Shown here: positions 25,375 through 38,337 of the stretch, in pieces
How the letters are laid out: each line of letters begins with the position of its first letter
Numbering within the stretch: position 1 is the first letter of the stretch
Origin: Eledone cirrhosa
Taxonomy: Eukaryota
DNA length: 64,000 nt
Reading direction: 5' to 3'
Assembly: GCA_964016885.1 (NCBI GenBank)
Contig: OZ024741.1
Span: 329,716,001 to 329,780,000, forward strand
Position numbers and translations under genes: made by a program
Notes under the pieces: model-generated
Told to the model about the DNA's origin: nothing
The model's input: only the letters and a program-made list of their open reading frames with translations
The model's database searches: none

Positions 25375-28300
25375 ATATTTAATATATATATTCTTTTATT
25401 TTACTGGTTTCAGGCGTCGGATTGAACATTTTAGGTGGTCGTATCCACACCACTACTCCTGTGCTTATTATATCCTTCTTTTATTGACCTGCTAAGTCAT
25501 AGGACATAACCACACACACACATACACACACACCACACACACATATGTATGAACACCCAGTCTGTAAGGTGGTTGTGCTGGTGACACAACAAAAAGCACC
25601 CAGTTCACCCTGTAAGGTAGTTGAAAAGCACCCAGTTCTACCTCTCTGAAATTGCTCTGATTTAATGATACACAACTGCTTATTTTAAAATGTTCATACT
25701 TATATTAAAAGCTTCCAACATAATTTTATTTAAGAAATTTTTGTTAAGTAAATATTTCAAACATCAGCTTAATAATGAAAAAATTAGTTATTTCATTAAA
25801 TCTTCTAACTTTCAAAATTAATTGATATATATGTAGGCAGGGTGTATTTTTCATTAGAAATATAGTAACAAAAGTCATAATATAATGTTTACAAATATAA
25901 ACAAATTACCAATCCGTCTATGAAATGGCATAAGATGCATAAAGGTTGGAATGGTTAACTCTTTAAATACCAACCTACTCCAAAGCAGCTAATGTCCTGC
26001 AACACATGAAACCACCTTAGCATGACATTCCTGTAAAGTTTAAAACAACACTATGAAGTCATATTAAAAATACATTATTGAAAAGTACAAAAGAGCACTA
26101 TATCACATTAGAAATTCAAACAGTTACTCCAATACTGCAAATGTTCACAATATGTCTCCTAGTAAAGATACAACAAGCATTTGAATTAACAAATCCACAT
26201 TTAGATATTTTCTGACAAATCATTACAGGATGTTCAAATTTTAATTAAAACCTTGGTCTAAAATCTCATTATTACATAGTAGATAATATTAGATTTCAGT
26301 AATTAAATATTTGTCTTTTATTATTGAGTTGAAAGTTAACTATTTCACTAAAACCATTCATAATTATGAATTAATTTGATAATTGAAATAGAAAGGCAGT
26401 ATATTTTTGCTAGAAATATGGTAATGACAGAGCCATGTTGAATCTCTGATAATAGTGTTAGTTGGTATACTATGGTAGAAGGTGATGATATGATGGTCTG
26501 AAGGAACCAGGTTCAAACTCTGTTAATGGTGTTCACAGTTATATGGTAATGAATGGGTTATGGTGTTGGTATAGTCATCTGATAATGGTGTTAGCCCATG
26601 ACTTTTGGTTTGGTGTAATTACTCTGATTATTTTAATCAATGGCTGAAAAAAACCCATCATCACTCCTACTTTATGGTTGAATGCTTGTGATTAAGGAAA
26701 TGCATTCAGCTGTGAAAGGCTAGTCACAGCTGATAAATGTTTAGACTACTTCTGAATGTCCCTGTTGGGGTATATATTGACTTCTTTTATTGCCTACATA
26801 CACATATATATATGTTTACCTATTTGTTTTGCAAGATTCTTGATGTGAAATCCTGTGTTGAGATGGATATTGTTATTTGGGGATGGTCATGTTACCAGTA
26901 TTGCCAATAAAAGCAATATATATATAATTAAAAGACAAAGCAAGTCAAATATATATATATATATACATGCACACATTTATACATATATCTCCTGACCATT
27001 CCCGCATCAAATGGAACAAAACCATCTAACCAATGCTAGCATGGAAGATAAGATGGACGTTAAATGATGATGATGATGATGATGATGATGATATATACAC
27101 ATACATACATACATATAATTATATATATATTAATTTTATTAATAGGTTGTAGTCATAAATATATCTAACTCCTTCAGATAATTTTAAATATTTAAAAGGA
27201 TCAGGCGTTATTTGTGTTTATTTTACTAAATCTTATGCTCCCCCTCCCCACCATTCTTCCTTTGTTTAATTCCCTTATTTTTCTCTCTTTTTTAATGTTT
27301 CCTTATTACCATGTATATTGTACAGTTTTTTTTACTGGATATTTTGTGTAGCCAGAGGCATTCGGACTTACCTTGCGTCTCTCTGGTCCATGTGGCGGTA
27401 CTTTCGCTTGCGTCTGTCTTCGCACATCCGTCACCTTCCAGGGCGTATAGCTAAGAGGCCCCTGTTGATCGCCTGGTCCCTCGAGTCGCCCCCATCCTCC
27501 TGCTTCCGGTCAAGCATCCCACAACTTCCAGCAATCCCACAGCAGCTCTACACCCCCCTCTATCTCGCGGCAGCCCTACATTTTGTATTGTAATAAAGTT
27601 TTTTTTTTCTATTCTCCAGTCTTCATTACTTTCATAATTAATTGAAACCCCTCCTCATCTAGTCAAGTTTATGGGGATTTGTCTAACTCATTTGTGCTCG
27701 CCATTTTCCTCTCACATAATATTCAGGAGATCACCAAGGCAAACATATTATGTCTGTACAAACTTCTTCTCCTCCTCTTCTTTCTTTTCCTGCTCTCTTC
27801 CTCTTTAAAAAATGAAATTTTACACCCTGCAGGTATTGGGTGTTCATTCAATTATTGTTTGAATGTATCAAAGTACAATGGTATTTTAAGCACCCAATTC
27901 AGTATACACACATATATCATCATCATCATCATCCCCGTTTTACGTCCGTTCTTCCACGCTAGCATGGGTTAGACGGGTTGTCCTGTTGTGGGCAGTGTCC
28001 GGTCGGCTGAGATGCCTTGCTCATACGGGAACTGATTCTGGCTTGATTTCTACAGCTGCATGCCCTTCCTAACACCAACTTCATTTACAGTGGGTGCTGG
28101 GTGCTTTTTTTCATGGCGCACACACATCCACTTTACAGTGTGGGTTGGGTGCTTTTTTGCCGTGGCACCTCCACGACCACTTTGCAGTGGGAGGATGTGG
28201 GGGCATATTGTCTATATGCTCCAGCTTCAGCTTGTACCCGTGGGAAGGGTCAGGTCTTTTGTATTACTGCGTGACGCCAGAGGTCACGGTCATGTGTCAT

Positions 28301-28419
28301 CGCCTTTGAGAGGTGTAATTGGGTAAGGTCGGCTTTTATCACCTCATCCCAGGTCTTCTTGGGTCTCCCCACTCCGCGGTTTTCATCGACTTCTAGTGTA
28401 TATATATACATGTATATAC

Positions 28420-28461
<42 letters not shown>

Positions 28462-28470
28462 GATATATAT

Positions 28471-29677
28471 ATTAGGTTGTTCAGAAAATACTTGTGTTTT
28501 TCCAGAAAGGATATAAAACAAATATAAACTATATTCATCTGAATTATTTCAATCAAGAATGTAATTACCATTGTTTTCAACAATTGCAGCCCAACGGGAA
28601 GGCAACTTTTTGATGTCACTTTCAAAGAAACATTTCTTTTCCTGAAAAAAAGTCTTAACCCTTTAGCATTTAAACTGGCCATATCCAGCCAGAATTCTCT
28701 CACTTCTTTCTGATCAAACCGGCTGTAACTAGCCACTCATACTGATGTTAAGATCTTTTTTTCAAAGTAAATAATAACATCATCAAAATCCGATAAATTC
28801 AGTGTGAATAATTATGTGAGATAAAGCCTTTACTGTGAAAATATAATAGTATCTATAGAGTAATGTAAATGCTAAAGGGTTAAAGACTATTTTCAACTTC
28901 CTCATCTGCATTGATGACATTCCATGTTTCAGTAGCTCATAATGGACAATAACTTTCATATTCCACCAAATACAGAGCAAGAATGTTTATGGAGGGAGTT
29001 CTGGCTTTGGTGTTGGTACTGGACTATCATTACATGATAACCAGTTATTTCATTTTCTGTGGTGATGTAAAACCCATTTTTTATCACCTGTAACAATACG
29101 CTGCAGAAATAACAGGTGGTTATTCCTGGTTAGAAGACTGCTACAGATATTGGAACATTGTGTTCTATTCTCAAGCATAAGCTCATGAGGAACCCAAATT
29201 CCTTCTTTGTATGTTTTCCCAATTTGATTGAGATATTTGTAGGTAGTTGAATAGGACACATTAAATTAATGCGGTAAGTCTCTGTTGCATCAATTCAGAG
29301 TGGGTTGTCTTCCTGAGTGAGGCATGTTGGATATGCCACAATTGCCATTTTTAAATCTCTTAAACTACAGCTGACATATACAAGCTTTTACTGCATCTGG
29401 ATACACTTCACAAATGTTTTTCATTGCCTCTGTAGCAGTATTGTTCTTTCAAAACTCATACAGTAAGCAATGGTGAATATGTTGTTTCATAAAGTTCTTA
29501 TCCTCCATTGGATTAATTGACTGAAATAACTATGAATGACACACTGCAGGATAGAAAAGATGATGTACTGAACTATTTTAAACAGTTCTGGCCCATTTGA
29601 CTTTGGCTTTGATGGGATTGGTTGATTCATATTTCATAGTAGTAAAAAAATGCAATTATTTCCCAAACACTCTAATA
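28471..29677 (-). mobile_element. Degenerate mariner transposon
   Basis: Motifs WVPHEL, RIVTGDKKW and LCIWWNMKVIVHYELL. TIR-like ends TATTAGGTTGTTCAGAAAATA and TATTTCCCAAACACTCTAATA within TA. Confidence 0.85.
28659..28879. mobile_element. piggyBac-like MITE nested in the mariner
   Basis: TTAA-CCCTTTAGCATTTA...TAAATGCTAAAGGG-TTAA. Second copy at 48345. Confidence 0.85.
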
Positions 29678-29690
29678 TATATATATATAT

Positions 29691-30019
29691 ACAGTTGTCC
29701 CCCTGGTATTTGCGGGGTTATGTCCCGAGAGCACCCACAAAGAGTGAAAAACCGCGAATATTGGATGTGGTCCATAAAAATGGTTATAAATGTCAAAACA
29801 TAACGTAAATTATAGGACAGCAAATACAGTATATTGTTATTAATAATTTAGCATTAAAAAGTGTGAAAAAATATATATTGCCACAAAAAAAAGCCATAAA
29901 AAATTACAGAAGATATTTACAATTTCGCGAATATGCAGTGGTTTCCACAAACAATTATTAGTTAGATTCTAATGAAAATTCCGTGAATAACCGGGACCAC
30001 GAATGCCAGGAGTACACTG
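29691..30019 (+). mobile_element. Tigger/pogo-like MITE
   Basis: TA-CAGT..CCCCTGGTATTTGCGG...CCACGAATGCCAGGAGTACACTG-TA. Confidence 0.7.
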
Positions 30020-30067
30020 TATATATATATATATATATCCACACACACATTATATAGATATATACAC

Positions 30068-30117
<50 letters not shown>

Positions 30118-30158
30118 GTGTATGTTATATTATATATATTCATATTCTCACACAGAAA

Positions 30159-31214
30159 TACGAGATCTGTCAAAAAAGTATCTGACTTTATTTTTTGCTG
30201 TGGGAAGTCGTGACGTTAGGGAGACAAAATGTGTAGAGTCGAGCTGCAGACTTTCATGCACAGATGTAGTAGATTATGGGAAGCTTACTTGATTCATCAC
30301 TCATTGCCAGGCTGTACTACTTAGCTGTCACATTCATTTTCATTTTGTTTGATATTGCCAACGAGGATCCTGAGTTCCTGAATATTGAGATAACTGTAGA
30401 TGAGATGTGAAGGTATGGTTATGACATGGAAACCAAAGCTCAGTGGAAACATACAATAATACTGAGGCCTAAAAAAGCATGTCAGGTATAGAGAAAAATC
30501 AAGGTGATGATGGCTGATTTTTTTTTAAATTCCCGAATCATTGTGTATCACAAATACACATCAGAAAAACAGTTACAAAGGAGTACAATCAGTAAATCCT
30601 CTGATGTCTTCATGATGCAGTTTGATGACAATGCCCTGACTCATTTGTTGCAGCTGATCCAATGATTTAAGGTTTCTTGGCAAAGAAAGGTATTTCGTTC
30701 ATTTGCACACTTCCAACATGGCTTCTCCTAACTTGTTAAGAAAAAGAAAATGAAACTGAAAGGTTCCAGTTTTGTGAGCCAAGAGGACATCAGGTGAACT
30801 ATGATGGCAGAGCTGAGAGCCATTCCTGAAGAAGCATTCTAAATGTGCTTCAAATAGTGGAGGGGTCACTGGGATAAGTGTGTAGAGGCAAAAGAAGCCT
30901 ACTTCAATCACTGCAGCACAAGGGAACTACTGCAAATGGTGGAGGGATCACTGAATAAGTGTGTAGAGACACAAGGAGCCTGCCTCTAACTGTAGAGGGA
31001 TCAGAGGTACAAGGGAACTACTGCAAATAGTGGAAGGATTACTGGGATAAGTATGAGGAGGCACAAGGGGACTACTTCAAACAGTGGAGGGATGACTGGT
31101 TTAAGTGTATGCTGAGGCAAAAGGAGACTACTTCAAAGGTAAATAACACACACCAAGTTCGAAACTCTTTTTTTGCAAACTAAGGCCAGATACTTTCTTG
31201 ACAGACCTCAGATA
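30159..31214 (+). mobile_element. Degenerate mariner transposon (second family)
   Basis: TIRs TACGAGATCTGTCAAAAAAGTATCTG and CCAGATACTTTCTTGACAGACCTC. Transposase remnants ITVDE..YGYDMETKAQ, KVMM..FF and HWDKCVE. Confidence 0.8.
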
Positions 31215-31593
31215 TATACTATGTACAAATTTGTTTGGTAGAAATATCAGAACAGTAGCAAACAATTTACAAAAAATCCTTGCTAGAGTTGCTTTATTGG
31301 TTACAATGTCTATATAATGATGATATTAGTTCCAGTGTGTAAAAATGGTGTAATGCAGTATATAGCTGCAATATATGTGTGTTCAACACATGCAAATAAA
31401 CATGAACATGAAGCATAGGTCCTGTCTAGTTTACATTATTGCAGTACAGTTGAGTTGTGTGCACTAATTAATGAGTGACATGGTGATGAGGATGATAATG
31501 ATGATGATAAGACATAACACCTGCATTGCAAGTTGACTGAGTGTTCCAGTGTATGCATGTGTGTGTATACATATGTGTGTATATATTTATATA

Positions 31594-31622
<29 letters not shown>

Positions 31623-31627
<5 letters not shown>

Positions 31628-31802
31628 AATTTAAATAATTTTGAAGGCCATAAAATGCATTAGAAAATTAAAGTTGTCAAGATAACAATAAAATCTTACC
31701 GTAGCAAATTTAATTATTAAATTTGCTAAGATTCTATTGTTATCTTGGCAACTTTAATTTTCTAATGCATTTTATGGCTTTTAAAAATCTCTAAATTTAT
31801 AT
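31623..31802. repeat. Near-perfect palindrome of about 180 bp
   Basis: GCCATAAAATGCATTAGAAAATTAAAGTTG pairs with CAACTTTAATTTTCTAATGCATTTTATGGC. Centre is at about 31715. Confidence 0.85.
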
Positions 31803-31842
31803 TTACTATTCAACAATGCTTCAAGCAAACGACAACACTCTG

Positions 31843-31893
<51 letters not shown>

Positions 31894-31954
31894 CACATAT
31901 ATATACATACATACACACACATATATACATATGTAGGTATATATATATATTATA

Positions 31955-32039
31955 AAGAGTCGGGACCCCAATGTCTGAGCTCTTGCTGTTTCAACAGCTA
32001 GTTCCAGACTCTTTATAATATATACATATATATGTATGT

Positions 32040-32073
<34 letters not shown>

Positions 32074-32330
32074 GTGTGTATATATATATTTCTAACCATA
32101 CTCTACTACCCAAAGTATCGAGTATTCTCATGAGTACTAACTGAATCCAATGATTTATACATATATATATATACATATAAATAGAAATGGATGCAGTAAA
32201 ACCCTGTTAGACCATTATTCACCAAAGTACTCAATACTTGGGGTAGTAGAGTGTGACAATATGAAAAAGTCAGTATCCCGATGGCTGAGCTCTTGCTATT
32301 TCAATTGCTAGTTCCAAACTTGGAACATAT
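31955..32330. repeat. Cluster of family C fragments in both orientations between (TA)n
   Basis: GATGGCTGAGCTCTTGCT.TTTCAA..GCTAGTTCCA and CCCAAAGTATCGAGTATTCTCATGA are shared with the 20772 and 44869 copies. Confidence 0.6.
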
Positions 32331-32339
32331 TCTAACATG

Positions 32340-32694
32340 AACCCTTAAATCCACGTTGCAACATGGTGGTTCCAGTTGGAAGTCAACACACACTCGAGCA
32401 ACATGGCCTCCATCAAATTCATGGTGAAACTAGAGTGGCAGAGCAGCCAAATCATTGAAGTTCTGGTGCAAGTTTATGGGGACAATGCCTTAAAGAAATC
32501 AACAGCCTACAAATGGATAAGTCATTTTAGAAGTGGAAGAGGTGAGGTTGAAGATGATCCCCAGTTGAAGATGTAAAAGAAGGTACTTTGTCATGGTTTA
32601 AATCGCATGGCCCACATGAACTTAGAGGCATGCGTTGAAAATTAAACATCATAACTTAAACTGTTTTTTCCAATTGTCCTTTTGAGGCACCCTC

Positions 32695-32698
<4 letters not shown>
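32340..32698 (+). mobile_element. Internally deleted mariner (N-terminal HTH plus right TIR)
   Basis: Translates IKFMVKLEWQSSQIIEVLVQVYGDNALKKSTAYKWISHFRSGRGEVEDDP. Right end TTTTGAGGCACCCTCG-TA. Confidence 0.8.
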
Positions 32699-32756
<58 letters not shown>

Positions 32757-34868
32757 ATAATGTTTTTATGGGTTTTTTTTCATTTACTACATCAGCAGAC
32801 AGACATCAACTCAAAACATTGCAAAACTGTAAATATCCAAATGTCCAGTTATTACAAATTCCTGAAATTTAAGAATGATATTTAAAAAAAAAAAGATTGT
32901 TGATTTTAATGTAAGTTTAGTTATATGACATTTGTTTGATATGTGTAATGTCCAAATTTGGTGGCTGAGCCAAGCAAACTTCAACTCCACACCATGGTCC
33001 CTGGAAAAGCATTGGTTATAACACTTTACTAACAAGGCTCTGTGTCTCTGTTTATGATAAAATATGCTGATGAATGATAATATACATAGATACACACATA
33101 CATACATGCATTGGCACATACATACATACATACATACATGCGTGCATACACACATCCATACATGTCATAAATGTTCATCGCATGTTCACCGACCATCAGT
33201 TTTGATGTCACATGAAAAGAAAGAAAGAAAAACAGAAGAGAGGGAGAGAGAGAGAGTATACAAATTTCATGTTTTTAGAAGCAAAGGTGTTTCCAACATG
33301 TGGCATGTTTTAAGGGATGAGCTGAAAAACATGTTTGTTTATATGATGAAGGTGCATAGCTTAGTGGTTAAAGAGTTGGATTTGCAATCATGAAGTTGTG
33401 AGATCAATTCCCAGACCTGGCAGGGCAATGTATTGTGTCCGTGTTACTTCTGCCAGGAGTTGTGACGAGTTCCACCCCACTCAGTAAGTGAATGAGGGAC
33501 GTTGTCGATTTGGATCAATATATATCCTAGTTTTTAGAATAGATACACCATATTTCTGCATGTCGTAGGGGGTTGATGTTAGGAAGAACATCTAACTGTA
33601 AAACATTGTCTCAAAATATCCTGTCCAACTCATGCCAGCATGGAAAAGTGAACTTAAAGACCATATATATATTATATAAAACACATGCCAACTTAGCATA
33701 TATCTTCTGAACTACTCAAGAGTTTCCCCGGTGCTCTCAGATATTATCATTGCATCATATATCAGCATTGTGATATACATATGATGATGATTATATTTAT
33801 ATATATATATACACACACACACACACATATGCACTAGTGGATTGGATGAAAAGGTCCATGTGATACCAATGGGTAGTTTGGGGATTATTATAATTTATTA
33901 CTGTAAATGTACAGTTAATACATTGACCAACTGGTGTATGTTTACAGCTGCTCTGTGTACACAGAGAGTACAGAATAAAGAGAGACAAGTTCAAATCTTA
34001 GAATGAGTATCATCTAGAACAAGATACATAACTTTACTTGATTCAACAAACCTCTGACAACAGACCCACTCCACCACCCACAAAGAGTGCAATTCACCAC
34101 AATCGAATGACGGGCATCCCCAAAAGATATATACACACACATACATATATGATGTGTATATTTGTGTGTAAGAAAAACATTTCCAATTGCAAAAACAACT
34201 GAGCAGACAATAAATTCCTCATCTTTCTATGCTAGCAAGGGTTGGATAGTGGGTCTTCACAGATTGAGTCAGTACTCAATAGAAGCAACTTCCCAATTAG
34301 ATGTGCCATGAGGCTTCCCTCTCTTTTACATGTTTCTGCAGACTATGAGGGTTCAAGGTCTACAACTTGCTTACATATGATCCCATGCTCTACTGAGTGC
34401 ATTTTATCGTGGCAACACTAGGAGAGGTCGACATGACCATGACACTGCTGAAGAGTCTTCAAGATTTTCTCCCAAGAAACTAATCCATTCCCACAAAGAA
34501 TGGTTGAATCATCATCGTTATCATCCTTTTATGTCCACTTTCCATGCTGACATAGGTTGGACGGGTTGCCATGGGGTAAAGAGATCTTATTTTGCTCATA
34601 TGTTTCCATATTTTGCATGATTCTGTCATTAGATTGCAACCATTTTGGGGATGCTTTCTTTTAGTTGATCAAATCTCCAGTTACTTATTTTTCAAGCCTG
34701 TGATATATTTAATTGATCTCTTCCTTTTTGTCAAAATGTTGAGTTACAGGACACAAACACAAACCTGTATACATACACACACATAATACTCTATAACGTG
34801 TTCCAGTCGATAGGCTGAGGCTATGCTGGGCAAGTGCACTGTATGTATACAGATGTAAATTTATGTAT

Positions 34869-34912
<44 letters not shown>

Positions 34913-35202
34913 GGCTTCTACAGTTTTTGTCTACCACACAGAAAACATTGGTCAACTCAAAGCTATAGAAAACATTTGCTCAAGGTGTCACACAACAGGA
35001 TTGAACTCAAAACCACATGGTTGTGAAGCAAATACATAAACCACACAGCAATGCCTGTACCATATGTAAAAAACAAAACAAAAAAACTGCAAATCTCGTC
35101 TCTCCAACAACAAACTCCTTTGTAACAGATGCTTTTTCTTTTGTTTTTTGGGGGTTAATTTGCACATTTGTGATGCTTGTTGCACACAAACATCAGAACA
35201 TC

Positions 35203-36669
35203 TTAAGTTGTTGGTACATCAATGTGAAGTGGAATACTGGCAATATTACCCAAACTGGCCAGCTGGTGGACACTGATTGGTTGGGGGACAGTGACCAGTT
35301 GATGGGGGACATTGGCCAGTGAGTGGTAGCCAGTCACTGGTTGAATGGCATTTAAGGGACTTGGAAGAGCTGTCATTATTTGATAGGGGACATTTGTTAA
35401 CTGGACCACATTGGTGTTAGCTGCTGCAGGTACTGCTGTTGCAGTAGTAGTTGTGGTATTGGATGTGGTTTGCACTAACTGTTGCTGGTGCAAGAGTGCT
35501 CCACTTTTGCCTTCAGAGCTGTTACTGGTGCGGCTCTTTGTTCCCTTTTGACTCAACCCACTCACCGTATTTTTAGTTTGTATCTTTGTTTGTGGCAAGT
35601 TATGTTGTCGCAGAGATATGAGAGCTGCTGTCTGTTGTAAAGATGTGCCTGATGATGTTGGCTGTCCACTTGATGTTGACAGCAATGTTGGAGGAACACA
35701 GCTGTATTTTCGCTTGCCACTGCTGTTGGCTCGTCGGTGGCGCACGAGGTTACCATTGCGAGAAAAGGCATAACCACATCGGTCACATTTGTATGGGCGT
35801 TCACCCGTGTGTATCCGTAAATGAACTTGAAGATGTGACTTTTGTGAGAATCTCCGCCCACACACACTACACTTGTGTTTACGTTCACCTCCATGAGACA
35901 GCCGATGGCGCACCAAGTTACCTCTTCGAGAGAAGGCCGCCCCACATTGGTTGCACTGGTAGGGGCGCTCTCCCGAGTGTACGCGAACATGTGCGTCAAG
36001 GTGCGATCGCTGGGAGAAACCTCGTTGACAGATGGTGCAGGAATAAGAACTGGAGTGACGAACCAACAGAGATGGAGAGGAAGTGGAAACAGTGGTGGCA
36101 GTGGTTGTGTTGTTGTTGCTTTCGTTGATTAGACTAGGATTAACAGCAGTATTGCCACGTACAACACCATTGACAACCATCACCGGAGAAGTGACAACAT
36201 CATGGTTTAAAACATCTGTGGTGACAACAACTTCTGAAGACGCAACATCAGGACCAACGTTATTCAAATTATCATTATCAGCAGTTACAATTGGACTGAT
36301 TGATGGATTAATGATGCATGGGCTGACCATTCCAAGACTCTCGACACTGGAACTGACTTCATCACTTTTTGTATCGGCACTAACAACTGAATTTACATTC
36401 TCACTACTGATACCACTTTCTGCCTCATGTTCCCGGACATGAGCCTGGAGTTGAGAGTTCATGGTGAAACCTTGTAGACAGATATTGCAAGAAAACACAC
36501 CGACTGGGCTATTGCTCAAGCCAACATCATTATTTCCGTCCATACTGACACTGTTGTCTGGTTTTTCCACTACTTCTCTGTCTCTGTGACAGTTTGACAC
36601 ATGTCGGGTCAAGTTTGACCGACGGGTAAATGTCTTATGACAAATTTCACATGTAAAAGATTTTTCCAT
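35203..36669 (-). CDS. C2H2 zinc-finger transcription factor, about 488 aa, six fingers (2 isolated plus 4 tandem; last lacks the terminal His)
   Basis: Intact ORF from ATG at 36669 (MEKSFTCEIC). CxxC-x12-HxxxH fingers with SGERPY and TGERPY linkers and an S/T/Q-rich tail. Confidence 0.92.
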   Translation of the reverse strand: MEKSFTCEICHKTFTRRSNLTRHVSNCHRDREVVEKPDNSVSMDGNNDVGLSNSPVGVFSCNICLQGFTMNSQLQAHVREHEAESGISSENVNSVVSADTKSDEVSSSVESLGMVSPCIINPSISPIVTADNDNLNNVGPDVASSEVVVTTDVLNHDVVTSPVMVVNGVVRGNTAVNPSLINESNNNTTTATTVSTSSPSLLVRHSSSYSCTICQRGFSQRSHLDAHVRVHSGERPYQCNQCGAAFSRRGNLVRHRLSHGGERKHKCSVCGRRFSQKSHLQVHLRIHTGERPYKCDRCGYAFSRNGNLVRHRRANSSGKRKYSCVPPTLLSTSSGQPTSSGTSLQQTAALISLRQHNLPQTKIQTKNTVSGLSQKGTKSRTSNSSEGKSGALLHQQQLVQTTSNTTTTTATAVPAAANTNVVQLTNVPYQIMTALPSPLNAIQPVTGYHSLANVPHQLVTVPQPISVHQLASLGNIASIPLHIDVPTT

Positions 36670-36689
36670 TATGGTTAGCCAGTTAGTCC

Positions 36690-36972
36690 ACACTGGAAGT
36701 CAGTTGGTCAGTCGACACAGGGCGTAGCTCAATCAGTTGACACAAGATATGGGTTGATCAGGTGACACTGGATGTAGACTGGCCAGTCAGTTACACAGGG
36801 TGTGGGTTGGTCAATTGACACAGGGTGTGGGTTGGTCAGTTAACACAATATGTGGGTTGATCAGGTGACACTGAATGGAGATTGAGCAGTCAGCTGACAA
36901 GGTGTGGGTTGGTCAGTTGACACAAGATGTTTATTGTTAACACTGGATATGGCTTGGTCAATCAGTTGACAG
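36690..36972. repeat. Imperfect minisatellite (about 23-27 bp units) in the putative 5' UTR of the zinc-finger gene
   Basis: Recurring GTGTGGGTTGGTCAGTTGACACA-like units. Confidence 0.75.
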
Positions 36973-36976
36973 AGAA

Positions 36977-36996
36977 CTGAAATAGTGAGAAAAGGT
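36977..36996 (-). promoter_or_regulatory. Putative 3' splice acceptor of the zinc-finger coding exon
   Basis: Minus strand reads CCTTTTCTCACTATTTCAG|TTCTCT, a polypyrimidine tract plus CAG about 300 nt upstream of the ATG. Confidence 0.55.
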
Positions 36997-38306
36997 TTTT
37001 TCTCTCTATTTTTTCTTCTTTTTGAGAGAAATTATTTTTTTTAAATGTATATAGAGATATATATATGATAGTGTGTGTATATGTATATAGACAGCTATAT
37101 TTAAATAAATATACGTATGTTAGTATATTACATATATTTATAAGTACAAGTGTAAAAATGTGTTAATGTACATACATCATATATATGTGTGTGTGTGTGT
37201 AAAAATATGTAATGTGTATATGCTTTAATATGTGTGTATGAATATAAATATATAAAGTAAATGTGTAAATATATTTTAAAAAATGCAACAAAAAAATCAG
37301 AAAAGAGAAGGAATCTCCTAGAAAGCTAGCCTTAAATTTTATAACCTTGTTTGATTTATTAGTTATTGTTGCAGTTCCTGGTTTTAAACCATCAAAGACT
37401 GAAATTAATGGTTGGTATTATATTGGAGGCAATTAACTCACCCTTTCACAACTATTTCTAATGAAATACACTCTATTTCAATTAATTAATGAAAAATTTT
37501 GAATGATTTATTGAAATTATTAATTATTTCATTACGGAGATAGTAACATAACATATAATTCAAATAGAAACCCTTTAAAATGAACAGTTTTGTTTCATAG
37601 AACCAGGACTGGTTTTGACCAGATTGATATTTAAAGGGTTAAGTATATCTTCTGTTGTTTTCTTTGGCCGCTATTTCCTAATGGATTCTCACCAATATGT
37701 GGCTGGGTAACTTTAAATGTTTTTGTATAATGTCCTCAGCCCTTCTTGTTTTTACACAACTATATTTATTTAATTCAGTTTATAACATGTAATGTATTGT
37801 ATATGCAAGTCCTTGTGTCAAATAAAAGAAATATTTTTAAAGAAAGAGAGGGAGTAACAGATATACGAAAATCACAAGCAGCTATATATTTATCGTAAAG
37901 GTATTTTAGCAGTTTGTTGTGTGACCAACAGGTAAATTTTCAATACATTATATATATCTCAAGATATATATATATATTTATATATGCCTTGTTTATTTAT
38001 GCATGTGTTGTGTAGATATTAAATAAGTGTTTAGACAACTATCAAGACACCTTTTTTGCAACTAACAACCAGTTCAATTCACTGGTTACTTCCTACCCAC
38101 AACAACACATTTGGGAGGTTTTGTTTCAATGAAGATAGGCACTACTTATAGTTCTGTTGATGGTGATAGTAAAAGAGAAATGAAACTTTGATAGACTAGC
38201 TTCCCATCCAAGAGAAGAGCAAATACTGCATTTTAATGCTACAGAAACTGGGGGTATTATGCCCTATCTTATGAATAAGCATGTGGGCACAAACACAAAG
38301 ACACAC

Positions 38307-38337
<31 letters not shown>

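Noticed and set aside
30826-30860. CTGAAGA followed by a hairpin
   Set aside because: It is followed by CAAA rather than GAAA, has no stem I and lies within mariner coding remnant.
33705-33745. Minus-strand CTGAGAG..GAAACTCTTGAGTA hammerhead-like string
   Set aside because: The core is one base short and stems I and II are unconvincing. At most a heavily decayed copy.
34447-34490. CTGAAGA...GAAAC
   Set aside because: No stem I or stem III pairing. The isolated cores at about 20479, 22675, 33067 and 40112 fail the same test.
35643-36442. Plus-strand ORFs overlapping the zinc-finger gene, and antisense ORFs over the RTE copies
   Set aside because: Shadow frames of real coding sequence.
36690-36972. 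Possible CRISPR-like array
   Set aside because: Units are degenerate and adjacent with no unique spacers, and the context is eukaryotic.
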